64,000 nucleotides of DNA from IMG/VR virus record IMGVR_UViG_3300027749_000038; one strand, 5' to 3'. Positions within the stretch are counted from its first letter, which is position 1, and each line of letters begins with the position of its first letter. This DNA is from a virus. The notes beneath the pieces were generated by a model that saw nothing but the letters and a program-made list of their open reading frames with translations, was not told where the DNA came from and searched no databases. Shown piece by piece: positions 47,376-57,541 of this stretch. Position numbers and translations under genes: made by a program.

Positions 47376-48836
47376 ATGGCCTCTTGTAATTCTAGACAAT
47401 ATAACGAATCTAATATAGTTATTCATACACCGGAACAATTTAAAGTTGCCGATGAAGAAAAGTTATCTGGTTTGGATAATACAGAATTGGGATTATTGCG
47501 AAGCATTTTGGGTGGTACTAATGTCGGTAATGAATACTGCGCTGCTTTGCATATATTGAATAGGGGTTATAAAATTTTAGGAGATTCATTTGCTTTTGAT
47601 GGGCATGAAATAGCGGTTGCAAATAAAGATTTTTACAATGAATTAATCAAACCAGGTGGACATCTAGACCATGCTGGTATACTGGCAAATGCTACAGCCA
47701 AGACCCCGGCTGGTAAATCAGGGCAATTAAAATATCCAGTTCCGGGTTTATTGGTTAGATTGATAGGGATGAGACAAAAAGACCCTATTAATGGTCCGCG
47801 GACTCACCTGCCTCCTAATTGTGATGCTATTCTGGCTGAATCGGGTTCTGAATGGGCTAATGCTATAGGAGATTGGGTAGAAAGTATTAATTCACATTCT
47901 TATTTGACCAATACAGCTATTGGTCAATTTGGTGGTATAACTGAAGCTGTACATTTTTTATCTAGTGCTGTTGGTAGTTTTAGACAAGCCATGTTAGATT
48001 TATATCAAGGTATGCAATTAGCTGCCTTACAAGCTCAACTTTTTTTAAATCATTGTATTGGTATACTAGAAGATTTTATAGTTAATAAATTTTTAAAATC
48101 TGGATCTAAAGCTTTGATTATGTTGACAGTGGTTTGTTTAATTCTTTCAGCTGTTCAAACTCTTATAGATGATATAGCTTTTTTTGGATCTTTGTTTGAT
48201 GGGTCTGATAATCTTTACAGAATACTTAATATATTTCAAAACGTGGTTAATATAGGATCTGAAGTCATTAATGTAATTGAACACCCCATTACAGTGGGTG
48301 TGGCTCAATATGTGTTTCCTAAAGAAGCTCAAGCTTTGGCTAATTTTATTAATTCTATCGGTCAATTGCCAGAACAATTCATGGGATTTTTGATTCAAAG
48401 TTTTAGTTTTGGAGGCAAAGGAAGCAGTTCTGCTCTTGCTATTGCAAACGCAATTATTAAACATTATTGTTTGGGTTCTCAATTGGGTGAATTAGAACCA
48501 GTTATGGATAGTTTTGGAACTGCTGTGCCTTCTTCTAAGTGGAATAGATCTGGCACTCCTAGTTTTAAAGGTCCCATGTCTTTTTACCCAAAAAATGTTC
48601 CTTATGAATTGCTGAGTAAAGTTAATCCTAATTTGTTTGCTTTTGGAAAATTGCGACCTGACGGAACTCCAGAATTTACATTATCCGGTCTTAAAAATTC
48701 TTTTTCTTCTTTGGTAGACCCGGCTGGAAATTATTATTTTGGCAAGGCTGCATATGATTTAGGAGCAGCCGGTGATAACGCAAATCATTTTGTGAAGGCT
48801 TTGCGTACTAGTATGGTTTCTAAGGAGTATAAATAA
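47376..48836 (+). CDS. Hypothetical protein, probably structural
   Basis: 486-aa ORF inside the baseplate cluster. Confidence 0.55.
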   Translation: MASCNSRQYNESNIVIHTPEQFKVADEEKLSGLDNTELGLLRSILGGTNVGNEYCAALHILNRGYKILGDSFAFDGHEIAVANKDFYNELIKPGGHLDHAGILANATAKTPAGKSGQLKYPVPGLLVRLIGMRQKDPINGPRTHLPPNCDAILAESGSEWANAIGDWVESINSHSYLTNTAIGQFGGITEAVHFLSSAVGSFRQAMLDLYQGMQLAALQAQLFLNHCIGILEDFIVNKFLKSGSKALIMLTVVCLILSAVQTLIDDIAFFGSLFDGSDNLYRILNIFQNVVNIGSEVINVIEHPITVGVAQYVFPKEAQALANFINSIGQLPEQFMGFLIQSFSFGGKGSSSALAIANAIIKHYCLGSQLGELEPVMDSFGTAVPSSKWNRSGTPSFKGPMSFYPKNVPYELLSKVNPNLFAFGKLRPDGTPEFTLSGLKNSFSSLVDPAGNYYFGKAAYDLGAAGDNANHFVKALRTSMVSKEYK

Positions 48837-48837
48837 A

Positions 48838-50337
48838 ATGTCACCACAATACGGCAACCATATAGGAATCATAATAAATAGCTTAGACCCTGAGGGCAGA
48901 GGAAGGGTTCAAGTTTTTATTCCTCATTTATCAACTACTTTGTTTAATCAGTGGAATGTAAATGCTCAAGATATAAAATTAGATGCTCAAACTTTTCAAG
49001 AGTATGTTAAACAAGATAATCCTATAGGAAAATCTTTGAGAGAAAATTTACCATGGGCAGAAGCTGCAAGACCTTTATTAGGATCTGGTGGAACCACAAT
49101 TGTAGGACGAAATGGAAAGACGGAACCTGCTGCAACTCCAACTCCATCGGACAGTCAACTAGCTAAAAATATTAAATTGGCAAATAAAAACCTCGGAGCA
49201 CCATCCGGCGAACCAGTTAATGTTGAAACAATTTTTCCGTTGAAGGCTACTGGAGAATCTTTGAAGATGAAAACTGCCGTGAATGATAAAGAAGAACCCT
49301 TGGTTTATTATTATAATGGAAAAAACTATGTTAAAACGCCAATTTCTCAAGCAACGGCTGGTACCTTCAACCAGCCCATAAAAGGAGCAAAAACTGGGAC
49401 TATAATAGGAACCATTACTTATCAAAAAATAGCAGGACCTGTAATAACCACAGATTATAATCAAACTCGAGATAAAATGATATCCCTTGCAACTTCAAAT
49501 TGGAATTCTATAAGCACAGACTTGTTGGGAAACAATCGTAATGGAGGAAATAACGGCATAGATACACCAGAAAAATATGTTGATAAAGTAATAATTCCTA
49601 TAGCAAAAGCAGAAACGGTAGATAGCGAAAATTTAGGATTTCAACCTGCGGTGCCATTTATAGAATCAAGCGGATATATCTCCTATGGTTTTGCGGGATT
49701 GACACCTGCAGAATCAGATGGTAGTTCCAAGGGGGATATCTCTAGATGGATAGACGGTGGCAAAGCTAATTTATTTGCTTCTTATGGTGTTGATAAATCT
49801 ATGGATAACATTCAAGGTGTTACCGATCCAGACATAGGCCTACAGGCAATGATGGCTACAGTTCAGGCCAATTTACAGAAGTCTCCTACACAGTCTATAT
49901 CAGATGCTCTTGATGGAGGAAGAACAGATGGACCAGGTTCTTTCGGGACAACGACTATAAACGCCTTAAAAGGATCTTTAAACGGCAATTCTTCTACGAA
50001 GAACATAGGTTCAAATACGAATGGAGTACCATTAGACTCCAAGGTGAGAACTGCTGGTCAAGTTTATACTGGCCCAGTACGTTCCGGACCAATAGATAAG
50101 TCAACTTTCGGAAAAGGTGCAAATTATCAATTACCTCAAGGTTCTAATTCAGTTCCTCAACCTGGTAATATGGTTTGGGTTTTCTTTTTAAATGGAGATT
50201 TACAAAAACCTGTATATTTTGCTTCTGTAACAGAAGCATATGCAAATGCAAGAGATCAGGTGGTGCCGGTAAGTCCTCCAGCCAGCGCTCCAGTTGTACC
50301 TAAACAACATGGCCTTGATGCTCCGGATGTTGTTTAG
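48838..50337 (+). CDS. gp5/VgrG-type OB-fold protein with a large internal insertion
   Basis: DPEGRGRVQVFIP and LPWAEAARP at the N-terminus; PQPGNMVWVFFLNGDLQKPVYF near the C-terminus. Confidence 0.7.
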   Translation: MSPQYGNHIGIIINSLDPEGRGRVQVFIPHLSTTLFNQWNVNAQDIKLDAQTFQEYVKQDNPIGKSLRENLPWAEAARPLLGSGGTTIVGRNGKTEPAATPTPSDSQLAKNIKLANKNLGAPSGEPVNVETIFPLKATGESLKMKTAVNDKEEPLVYYYNGKNYVKTPISQATAGTFNQPIKGAKTGTIIGTITYQKIAGPVITTDYNQTRDKMISLATSNWNSISTDLLGNNRNGGNNGIDTPEKYVDKVIIPIAKAETVDSENLGFQPAVPFIESSGYISYGFAGLTPAESDGSSKGDISRWIDGGKANLFASYGVDKSMDNIQGVTDPDIGLQAMMATVQANLQKSPTQSISDALDGGRTDGPGSFGTTTINALKGSLNGNSSTKNIGSNTNGVPLDSKVRTAGQVYTGPVRSGPIDKSTFGKGANYQLPQGSNSVPQPGNMVWVFFLNGDLQKPVYFASVTEAYANARDQVVPVSPPASAPVVPKQHGLDAPDVV

Positions 50338-50371
50338 TTGCTTAAAAAACAAATTTTTCTAAATATAAAAT

Positions 50372-52354
50372 ATGGATATATCAGACAATGGATCTCGTAA
50401 TGGAACTAATTCAGTAGTAATGCCTTCTGGTGGATTGCATTTTATTTCTAATGTAAGAAATTTATCTGGTATGCAAAGTGATAATTCTTATGTATCTTTG
50501 TATCAAAATGCTGGAGCTCAAATTGATTTAAATGCTCAAGGGTTTATTGCAATGAAAGCTCCTGGAGATATATCCATCAAACCCAACAAGAATCTTTTTA
50601 TATCTACTCCAAATGCTTTAGTACAATACTCAGGAGGAGGTTCTTATAACACTATTGTCGGCAAAAATGTTATTACTATAGGAGAGCCAACAGCTGATGC
50701 TAAGAAAGCTGCAAAGGCTTTACAAGATTTAGCGAAAACCCTTCAAGAACAAATAATGGATGAAGCAATGGCTGTAGTGGATGAAATGGGTAAATGTCCT
50801 ACTTGTGGACAAATGGCAGCTAAGGATGAAAAAAGTAAAATCATGGTTTATATTAATAGTTTGTGTAATGACTTGAAAGGTATACCCCATTTTCCACCGG
50901 ATGGAGTGATTTTTGTTATCAAAACCATTACAAAATTTTTAGCTGGTTTGGTTAATTTTAAAAAAAATCAAGATCTTAATCCTAAAAAATCTTGTGGTCC
51001 AGGGTGTAAAAATCACATGATTGAAAGTTTGCGTTTAACTTTAAAGAAAATAGAAGATTCTTATGATATTAAAATAAGGCAGAATCAAGATATAGCCAAT
51101 GATCATTTATCTAAATTGGCTCCATATTCTAATACAGTGGTTACTTCTACTAATAGCATGTCTATTTTTATTGGTCTAGCTAAGAATGAATCTAAAGTTT
51201 ATTTTAAAAAGGGACATTCTACACATCCGACAAAACACGGACACAGTAAAAATGGTGGTGGTATAATGACCCTTTCTGACGGAAATTGTGAGAGGGCTAT
51301 TTATTGTCCTCCGATACAACTAACTGATGCAAATTTTTACATGGATGTATGTGAAAAATTTACAGTAAATGCCGGAGCTCCTGGAATGGTTTTCAATACT
51401 AATGGTTTATATGAAGTAAAAGCTGCTGGTATTAATATATCTGCATCAGATGGAGAGGCGGTTTTTAAATCTAGTAATAAAACACTTATTGCCGGTAAAA
51501 ATGTTAACATATTAGCGGATGATAAAAGTGGAGATACGAGTATTGTGTTGGATGCTGGTAACGTGCATATAACAAGATCTGCCTCAGTAGATGCTAATTT
51601 GTCTGTACGTGGAGCTATAACTTGTGAAGGTCCGGCGACGATTCCTTTTTTAAATTGTCCATCAATGGAATCAGCTGTAGAAACTTATCACAGTCAAATA
51701 GTCACTGGTGTGGAACGCGGAGCAGGTGGTTCAGTTGTTTTAAGAACTTCTAATTTAGCCAAAGATTCTCTTACAAAATATATTTTAGATCCGTTGTGGG
51801 GATTGATTCCTTCAAATTTGACATCGATATCGAAAGAAATGGAAGATGCTATAGAAAACGCCATTACAATTAATTGGGAGCCGGCAGGATTTACTTGGAC
51901 TTTTGGGTACGGAGCTTGTTCTGTTGGAGGCGGTCCGGTTTGGACATATGGTTCTGTTTGGAACTTTTATCATAATCATATGACATTCAGTGATGAACAC
52001 TCTGGAGCAGTTGCAGTTCCGTTGGGCAAATACTTTATGACCACAGAAGGTGCTATGCAGGCTAGTTATATAGGAGGCAAACAACCCGCGGTTGCTCCAG
52101 TATTAGGTTCTGGTCCAAGACCGGGTCCAGGAAGTTTACCCGGACCTTGTGGAGGTGGAGGATTGTTTACCAAACAAAGAGATGCAGAATTTGGTTTGGA
52201 TCAATATGGAGATCCTTTTAATGGAGGTAATTTTGTGAATAGATACACAAACGATAACACTCCAGGTCAACCACCACCTGTAGATCCTAATTTTAGTATT
52301 TGGAAACATGGTGTTCTTACCACACCACTTTCCGGTGGTTTGTTGGACTGTTAA
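50372..52354 (+). CDS. Probable baseplate spike (gp5 C-terminal-like beta helix)
   Basis: Beta-strand repeats, NLSVRGAITC, and a late HNH (His-x-His) motif. Confidence 0.5.
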   Translation: MDISDNGSRNGTNSVVMPSGGLHFISNVRNLSGMQSDNSYVSLYQNAGAQIDLNAQGFIAMKAPGDISIKPNKNLFISTPNALVQYSGGGSYNTIVGKNVITIGEPTADAKKAAKALQDLAKTLQEQIMDEAMAVVDEMGKCPTCGQMAAKDEKSKIMVYINSLCNDLKGIPHFPPDGVIFVIKTITKFLAGLVNFKKNQDLNPKKSCGPGCKNHMIESLRLTLKKIEDSYDIKIRQNQDIANDHLSKLAPYSNTVVTSTNSMSIFIGLAKNESKVYFKKGHSTHPTKHGHSKNGGGIMTLSDGNCERAIYCPPIQLTDANFYMDVCEKFTVNAGAPGMVFNTNGLYEVKAAGINISASDGEAVFKSSNKTLIAGKNVNILADDKSGDTSIVLDAGNVHITRSASVDANLSVRGAITCEGPATIPFLNCPSMESAVETYHSQIVTGVERGAGGSVVLRTSNLAKDSLTKYILDPLWGLIPSNLTSISKEMEDAIENAITINWEPAGFTWTFGYGACSVGGGPVWTYGSVWNFYHNHMTFSDEHSGAVAVPLGKYFMTTEGAMQASYIGGKQPAVAPVLGSGPRPGPGSLPGPCGGGGLFTKQRDAEFGLDQYGDPFNGGNFVNRYTNDNTPGQPPPVDPNFSIWKHGVLTTPLSGGLLDC

Positions 52355-53589
52355 TTTACCAATCGAACGTAATCTGGAATATTGGTGTTCAAGATTACTA
52401 TAGCTCCAGGAATGTCCGGAATGCCTGGAGGAGTCCATCCTTCTACCGGTACAAGAGGAGTTTGAAGTTGTCCTGATACATAATCTTTTTGATCATAATA
52501 ATATTTTCTTCCAGCATAGAAAGTCTTATACACATAAGTTTCCCAATGGCCTTTCGGTCTTGCTTTAAGTTTCCTTACACCTGTATTGTCATCATTATTA
52601 GGATCTTCTATATCTGGTATAGCTGGTCCATTTATTGTAATATCTATAGCATTTACCTCTTCTGTAGTAAATCCTCCTAGATCATCCCAATGCCATATTC
52701 GACCTTTCTGATCAAATTTTAGTCCAATAAGCATTATCTTTGGTTCGTCGAAAGAATACACAGTTGCTTCCCATTGTTCATCTATTTCCAAATATGGATT
52801 ATAAGTTGAATTGAGATAATATTTTTTAAGAAATTTTACAAAAGCATCTGCATGTTTACGTAGAGCCGCATTTCTACTTTGATGAAAGAAATCTTTCATT
52901 TCTTGATAAGTAGGAGGTTGTTGTCTATAGTTTTGAATTGTTTGTGGTGATGCTTGTTTGATTGGATCTCCATTAGGTCCGCAAATATATACATCTTTAA
53001 TTTGAGTACCACCAGCTGAATTAACTGCTACCCAAGCATCAATTTTAGGAAGAAATTCTTGGTACATTGCCTGTAACATAGCTCCTGTAGACCACCGAGG
53101 ATTACCAGTTACACTAAAAGGTCCTAAATCTGGCATAAGAGCTCTTTTATCTGGAACATTTACTTTAATTATATCCTCTATATTAAAATTAGAATCTTGT
53201 AAATAAGGATTCAATCTTTTCAATAATTCATAATTAATTTGAGAATTTCCATTTTCTGCAATTCCTTGATCAAACACCTCTTTAGTAAACCCTTTGTCTG
53301 CCATGGGATACTCTATTTTAGCGTTAGCTCCGCCGTTTTTTTCTTGATGAATTTTTAAAGAATTTGTAACTTGATCTACATTACTAAAATCTGTTACTAT
53401 TTTATTTCCGTTTTCATCTCTATTAAGAGTTCCTGGATAATAAGAAGCATCTGCTGGTGTTGGGTGTTCTGTATATTCCGTTGCACCGACTCCGCGTTTA
53501 GAATTTGCTTGTGGAGCACCCAATCCTTTATCCAAAGCCTCTGATGGAGGGGGTGGAATTTTTTTCTGTAAAAGTCCAGCAAAATCCAT
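52351..53589 (-). CDS. Hypothetical protein
   Basis: 412-aa ORF; no motif recognised. Confidence 0.6.
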   Translation of the reverse strand: MDFAGLLQKKIPPPPSEALDKGLGAPQANSKRGVGATEYTEHPTPADASYYPGTLNRDENGNKIVTDFSNVDQVTNSLKIHQEKNGGANAKIEYPMADKGFTKEVFDQGIAENGNSQINYELLKRLNPYLQDSNFNIEDIIKVNVPDKRALMPDLGPFSVTGNPRWSTGAMLQAMYQEFLPKIDAWVAVNSAGGTQIKDVYICGPNGDPIKQASPQTIQNYRQQPPTYQEMKDFFHQSRNAALRKHADAFVKFLKKYYLNSTYNPYLEIDEQWEATVYSFDEPKIMLIGLKFDQKGRIWHWDDLGGFTTEEVNAIDITINGPAIPDIEDPNNDDNTGVRKLKARPKGHWETYVYKTFYAGRKYYYDQKDYVSGQLQTPLVPVEGWTPPGIPDIPGAIVILNTNIPDYVRLVN

Positions 53590-54041
53590 TATTCCTGCCC
53601 TCCTTCATCTTCATCGTCTTCTTCAAAATCCATAAAATTAGATTGTTGTTGTTGCATAAAGATATTTTTTTGAAATTCTGAAAGAGCGTCTCGATCTTTT
53701 GCTAACTCTGCATGCTGAATCAAAATTCGTTGGCCTTTGGTATTATAACCAAACAATACATAACTATCCAAATATTCTGTAATAAGAGATTTGAGCAAAA
53801 GATAGTCTCTTTCTTCTACTCTAAGTTCTGTATTATTTTCTTTAGACCACTTATCTAAAGCGTTTTTTAATTCCGAATCATTAATAGAATTAAAAATATT
53901 TGTTTTAATTTCTGATTCTATCATAGCGATAGTTTCTGGATCTAAAGCCGATAAAGAAGGCATTGCTACAGAAATATGCATTTTATTTTGAGTGCTTTGA
54001 GAAGGATTGACTTTTTTTGAATTTTTACGTGGGGTTGCCAT
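53589..54041 (-). CDS. Hypothetical protein
   Basis: ORF with an acidic C-terminus; start taken at MATPRK. Confidence 0.6.
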   Translation of the reverse strand: MATPRKNSKKVNPSQSTQNKMHISVAMPSLSALDPETIAMIESEIKTNIFNSINDSELKNALDKWSKENNTELRVEERDYLLLKSLITEYLDSYVLFGYNTKGQRILIQHAELAKDRDALSEFQKNIFMQQQQSNFMDFEEDDEDEGGQE

Positions 54042-54351
54042 AGGAAGAAGATTTGTTATTAATACCAAATTTGACCAAATATTCTATAATCACCTCTATA
54101 GAACTGGTCTTTATTTTAAATTTATCTGGTACAAATTGAGCGCCATCATAAATCTCAAAATAAGTTTCACCAAAAAAACTATGATTAGTATAACAGGTTA
54201 CCATAACAGAAGATACTCCTGGATCTATAACACAGGTCCAGGATCTGGGATCTGTCTCACTATATTTATCAAATAATTTATCTACAATATATCCACAATC
54301 TCTTAGACGTTTAATGAAATAGCTGTAAGTGGTTATTTTATTTTTAGCCAT
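54025..54351 (-). CDS. Hypothetical protein
   Basis: ORF in operon continuity; start MAKNK. Confidence 0.6.
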   Translation of the reverse strand: MAKNKITTYSYFIKRLRDCGYIVDKLFDKYSETDPRSWTCVIDPGVSSVMVTCYTNHSFFGETYFEIYDGAQFVPDKFKIKTSSIEVIIEYLVKFGINNKSSSYGNPT

Positions 54352-54372
54352 AACAATAATTAACAACTAAAG

Positions 54373-55125
54373 CTATTTTACCAGTGCTGAAATAATGTAT
54401 TTCAATTCTACACCATCTTCGTCTGAATTTTGAAATACAAATACTTTAAATTGATTGTTAATTTTGACCTTAATATCGGATCGGCTGTGTGCTAAATTTT
54501 TAAATACCTCCATGCTAACTGGAAGAGGATCTTCGATATCTTCTCCTACTAAATTATTACTAATTGTTAGGTTAATGTTGTCTACATTTTGTTGTGTTTT
54601 GTCATTAATTTCTGCAATTACTTTTCCATCCTGACTAGAGAAGTAAATCTTGGTCATGTCCGAAGCAAAAGCATAACCCATCATGATTTGCTTTAACTTG
54701 GAAGAAGAAATAGTAAATTCTGTATCAAATTTTAAAGATGCAATTTTATTCAAATTGACCGGAGCTTCTTTAACGATAGAATCATCTACTAAATGATATT
54801 TAAAATGACTCTTTTCTCCGGTCTCTGCATCAATGGTTTGACACTTAATAGAATTCTCATTCATCTCCATAGAAAATTCTCCATTATCACCTAAACATTC
54901 TAGTCCGGAAAGAAACTTTTTAATGCTAATAAGGTTAAGTCTCGTGTTTTGCTTTACAACAAACGGAAGCTTAGCTTTTGCGTAAAGAATCACGGTGTTA
55001 TCTGGAGAAGAACATACTGAATATAAATTAGATTCTTCTGCCTTTAATACACAACTTTCTGTAAGTCGGTTAATAGGCTTGAGAATCTTTTCTAGATAAC
55101 TTTTAGGAAGTAAAAGTAAGGACAT
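54373..55125 (-). CDS. DNA polymerase sliding clamp (gp45/PCNA-like)
   Basis: 250 aa with a two-domain alternating alpha/beta pattern, within replication genes. Confidence 0.55.
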   Translation of the reverse strand: MSLLLLPKSYLEKILKPINRLTESCVLKAEESNLYSVCSSPDNTVILYAKAKLPFVVKQNTRLNLISIKKFLSGLECLGDNGEFSMEMNENSIKCQTIDAETGEKSHFKYHLVDDSIVKEAPVNLNKIASLKFDTEFTISSSKLKQIMMGYAFASDMTKIYFSSQDGKVIAEINDKTQQNVDNINLTISNNLVGEDIEDPLPVSMEVFKNLAHSRSDIKVKINNQFKVFVFQNSDEDGVELKYIISALVK

Positions 55126-55127
55126 AT

Positions 55128-55619
55128 TTAAGAATTAGACTTTTCATTCAAGCTACAAAATACTTTACCCATCATACCTGAAATCTTAGTCAAATTGCCA
55201 CTGATTCTTTCCATCAAACATTTGATAGCTTCAATATCTTCTTCCATTTTATTAGTGATCTGTGGTTTTAGAGGCTCTATTGGAACAGAAATTGTTGCTT
55301 GAGGAGCCGATAAATTCAGAGCTGGCAAAGAAGGAGTTAGAGTTACTTCAATGTTTTGTGGTTTTGAAAAGGTTGAAGTATCGGGTACTAAAGATTGTAC
55401 CAAATCTTCTGATACATATCCCCGATTGGCTTGATCATTATAATTGGTTCTAGCAGCTCCACCATGTTTAAATGTATTGATGAAGGAGTTAACATCAATG
55501 CGATTAGCTGGCAGTGCTCCTCCACTTCGATCGGTAGATCTGTCTATATTATTCAGCATTCCACCAGTTAAAGCGGCTAACATAGCTGCTTCTTTGTCAA
55601 ATTCTTTTTCTTGATTCAT
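55128..55619 (-). CDS. Hypothetical protein
   Basis: 163-aa ORF. Confidence 0.55.
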   Translation of the reverse strand: MNQEKEFDKEAAMLAALTGGMLNNIDRSTDRSGGALPANRIDVNSFINTFKHGGAARTNYNDQANRGYVSEDLVQSLVPDTSTFSKPQNIEVTLTPSLPALNLSAPQATISVPIEPLKPQITNKMEEDIEAIKCLMERISGNLTKISGMMGKVFCSLNEKSNS

Positions 55620-55664
55620 ATTTTAATATTAAAAGTTTAAGTGTTTTTTGCAACTAGTTTAAAC

Positions 55665-55723
55665 AAAAAATCCATATACTACTACTCACCATTATTAGGC
55701 TTTCATGAATATATGGATTTTTT
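55665..55723. terminator. Long-loop inverted repeat, terminator-like
   Basis: aaaaaatccatata / tatatggatttttt 14-bp arms with a 31-nt loop, downstream of folE2. Confidence 0.45.
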
Positions 55724-55744
55724 TAAACTAATCTTTAAGAGAAA

Positions 55745-56590
55745 TTACTTTAAATCTCTTCCCGCATGTGTTACAGCCACTGCTATAGAAGAATGAATTG
55801 ATTCAAGATGATTTACAATTACCAAGTAATCCTTGATACGACCATCCAAATCCTTATCTAATTCTACAGCTACTTTACGAACCATGTCTTCTACGAAGAC
55901 TGGATTTTCATACATCAATTCTGTTTGATAGGCTTCATCTACTCGCTTGAGAGCATTTACGATCGGAGCCGAAGCACTGCGTTCTACTGCTAGAACCAAT
56001 TCTTCAAACCAGTATACTTTATCAGCATCTGCTCCTGCTTGAGTTAGCTCTACAGTAACATCTGCATAGGATTGCTGATTATGTGCTCCATAATCTGAGA
56101 TCTCCTTGGAACATGGACACAAAGAAGCGTAAAGTACATTGGCATGTAGATAAAACTTCTTCTCTCCATTTACCAAACGACCTTCAAAAGATCCTTGATA
56201 ATCCATATGAGAAACTACTTTAGAAACTGGAGCTTCTTTCTTCAAGAAGTAATCAAACTTGATCTTGATATAAGCATTTTGGCTCTTTAGGCGAGATTTA
56301 CATTCATCCAAAAGAATATCCATGACTTCATCAATTCGATGAGACTTGTTAGCTAGAACTTCTTCTACAAGAATACGGTAACGGCTCATGTTAGTTCCCT
56401 TTACTTCTGGCGTCAAATCTGTATACATACTGATGATAGCCTTAGTAGGGTTAATGGTTCCATCTTGGCGAATAATCTCCATAGGAACTACAATATTACG
56501 GGAACCTACCTTAGGAATATACTTCTTAGGAAATCCATCAACTGTGTTTTGAATGTCGGGAATGTCGGCGTTGGTTTTAATGCGTGGCAT
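55745..56590 (-). CDS. folE2: GTP cyclohydrolase IB
   Basis: DIQ, VKGTNMSR, LCPCSKEISDYGAHNQ, KRVDE, NPVFVEDMVR, ESIH. Confidence 0.92.
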   Translation of the reverse strand: MPRIKTNADIPDIQNTVDGFPKKYIPKVGSRNIVVPMEIIRQDGTINPTKAIISMYTDLTPEVKGTNMSRYRILVEEVLANKSHRIDEVMDILLDECKSRLKSQNAYIKIKFDYFLKKEAPVSKVVSHMDYQGSFEGRLVNGEKKFYLHANVLYASLCPCSKEISDYGAHNQQSYADVTVELTQAGADADKVYWFEELVLAVERSASAPIVNALKRVDEAYQTELMYENPVFVEDMVRKVAVELDKDLDGRIKDYLVIVNHLESIHSSIAVAVTHAGRDLK

Positions 56591-56639
56591 AAGTTTTGTT
56601 AATTTAGAATATAATATTTTGTTTAGATATCTCGCAGAA

Positions 56640-57512
56640 TTACAGATCTTTGAGAATATCGGAAATGCGATCACTGACAGAAGATTCTGTTTCTTCATTG
56701 TGTGTTTCTTCTGGTAATCTACTGGGGTTGGTTTTGGATGTGTAGGTCTCTACTTCAAAATCATCTTCCACAACTGGAGAAGTCTTTGTAGTGGATGTAG
56801 ATTCTACTTCCCCGAGAAAATGTTGAGTAAACAATTTTTGAATGTCATCATAAGACTTGTGTTCAAAAATTCCATCCAAATCCTTAATAGATTCATAAAT
56901 TTCATCTATATCTGGTTCTCCTGGAAGAACACTTGCTGGTACAAATTTAGAGGAAACATAGGTAGGATAACCTCCTTCATTTTCTTTAACAGAAATGCGA
57001 AGATTGCATCCTTTTTCTGAAAGATCAAAAATCTTTGAACCAAAATCATCTGCATCATCACCTGAGATTGCTGCAGTAACAATTTCATTCAATTGCTTGC
57101 CGAAGCGAATGATCTTAACTTGACCATTATTCTCTGGATTGGTAGGATCTGAAATTACATAAGCATTAATTAGCCAATTTTCATTGCGCTTAACTGGCTT
57201 AATGCGTTCAATTTCTGCCTTATCTTGTGTGCGATAAATCTTAGAACGATATTCATCGATAGGGCATCGCTCTCCATAGGTACATGGACATAGTGTAGAA
57301 GTTAATTGATTGGTAATAGCGCTATTCCACAAGTGATGGTAGTAATGAAATACTGTACGTTCTGGGTTTTTTAGGTTTGGAATTAACCTGACCAGGTAGT
57401 TCTTTCCGATTTCAAGCTTCATGAAATCACGGAAACCGGAGGATTCGGATGATGATTTTTTGTTTAGTGCTTCTTTGATGGAATCGAATAGGTTGGATGT
57501 ATATTTGCTCAT
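56640..57512 (-). CDS. gp32: Single-stranded DNA-binding protein
   Basis: VRLIP, HYYHH...CPCTYGERCPI, VISDPTNPENNGQVKIIRFG, GCNL, acidic tail. Confidence 0.88.
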   Translation of the reverse strand: MSKYTSNLFDSIKEALNKKSSSESSGFRDFMKLEIGKNYLVRLIPNLKNPERTVFHYYHHLWNSAITNQLTSTLCPCTYGERCPIDEYRSKIYRTQDKAEIERIKPVKRNENWLINAYVISDPTNPENNGQVKIIRFGKQLNEIVTAAISGDDADDFGSKIFDLSEKGCNLRISVKENEGGYPTYVSSKFVPASVLPGEPDIDEIYESIKDLDGIFEHKSYDDIQKLFTQHFLGEVESTSTTKTSPVVEDDFEVETYTSKTNPSRLPEETHNEETESSVSDRISDILKDL

Positions 57513-57541
57513 GTTGGTTTGTATTTTAATATTAGTTGTTT

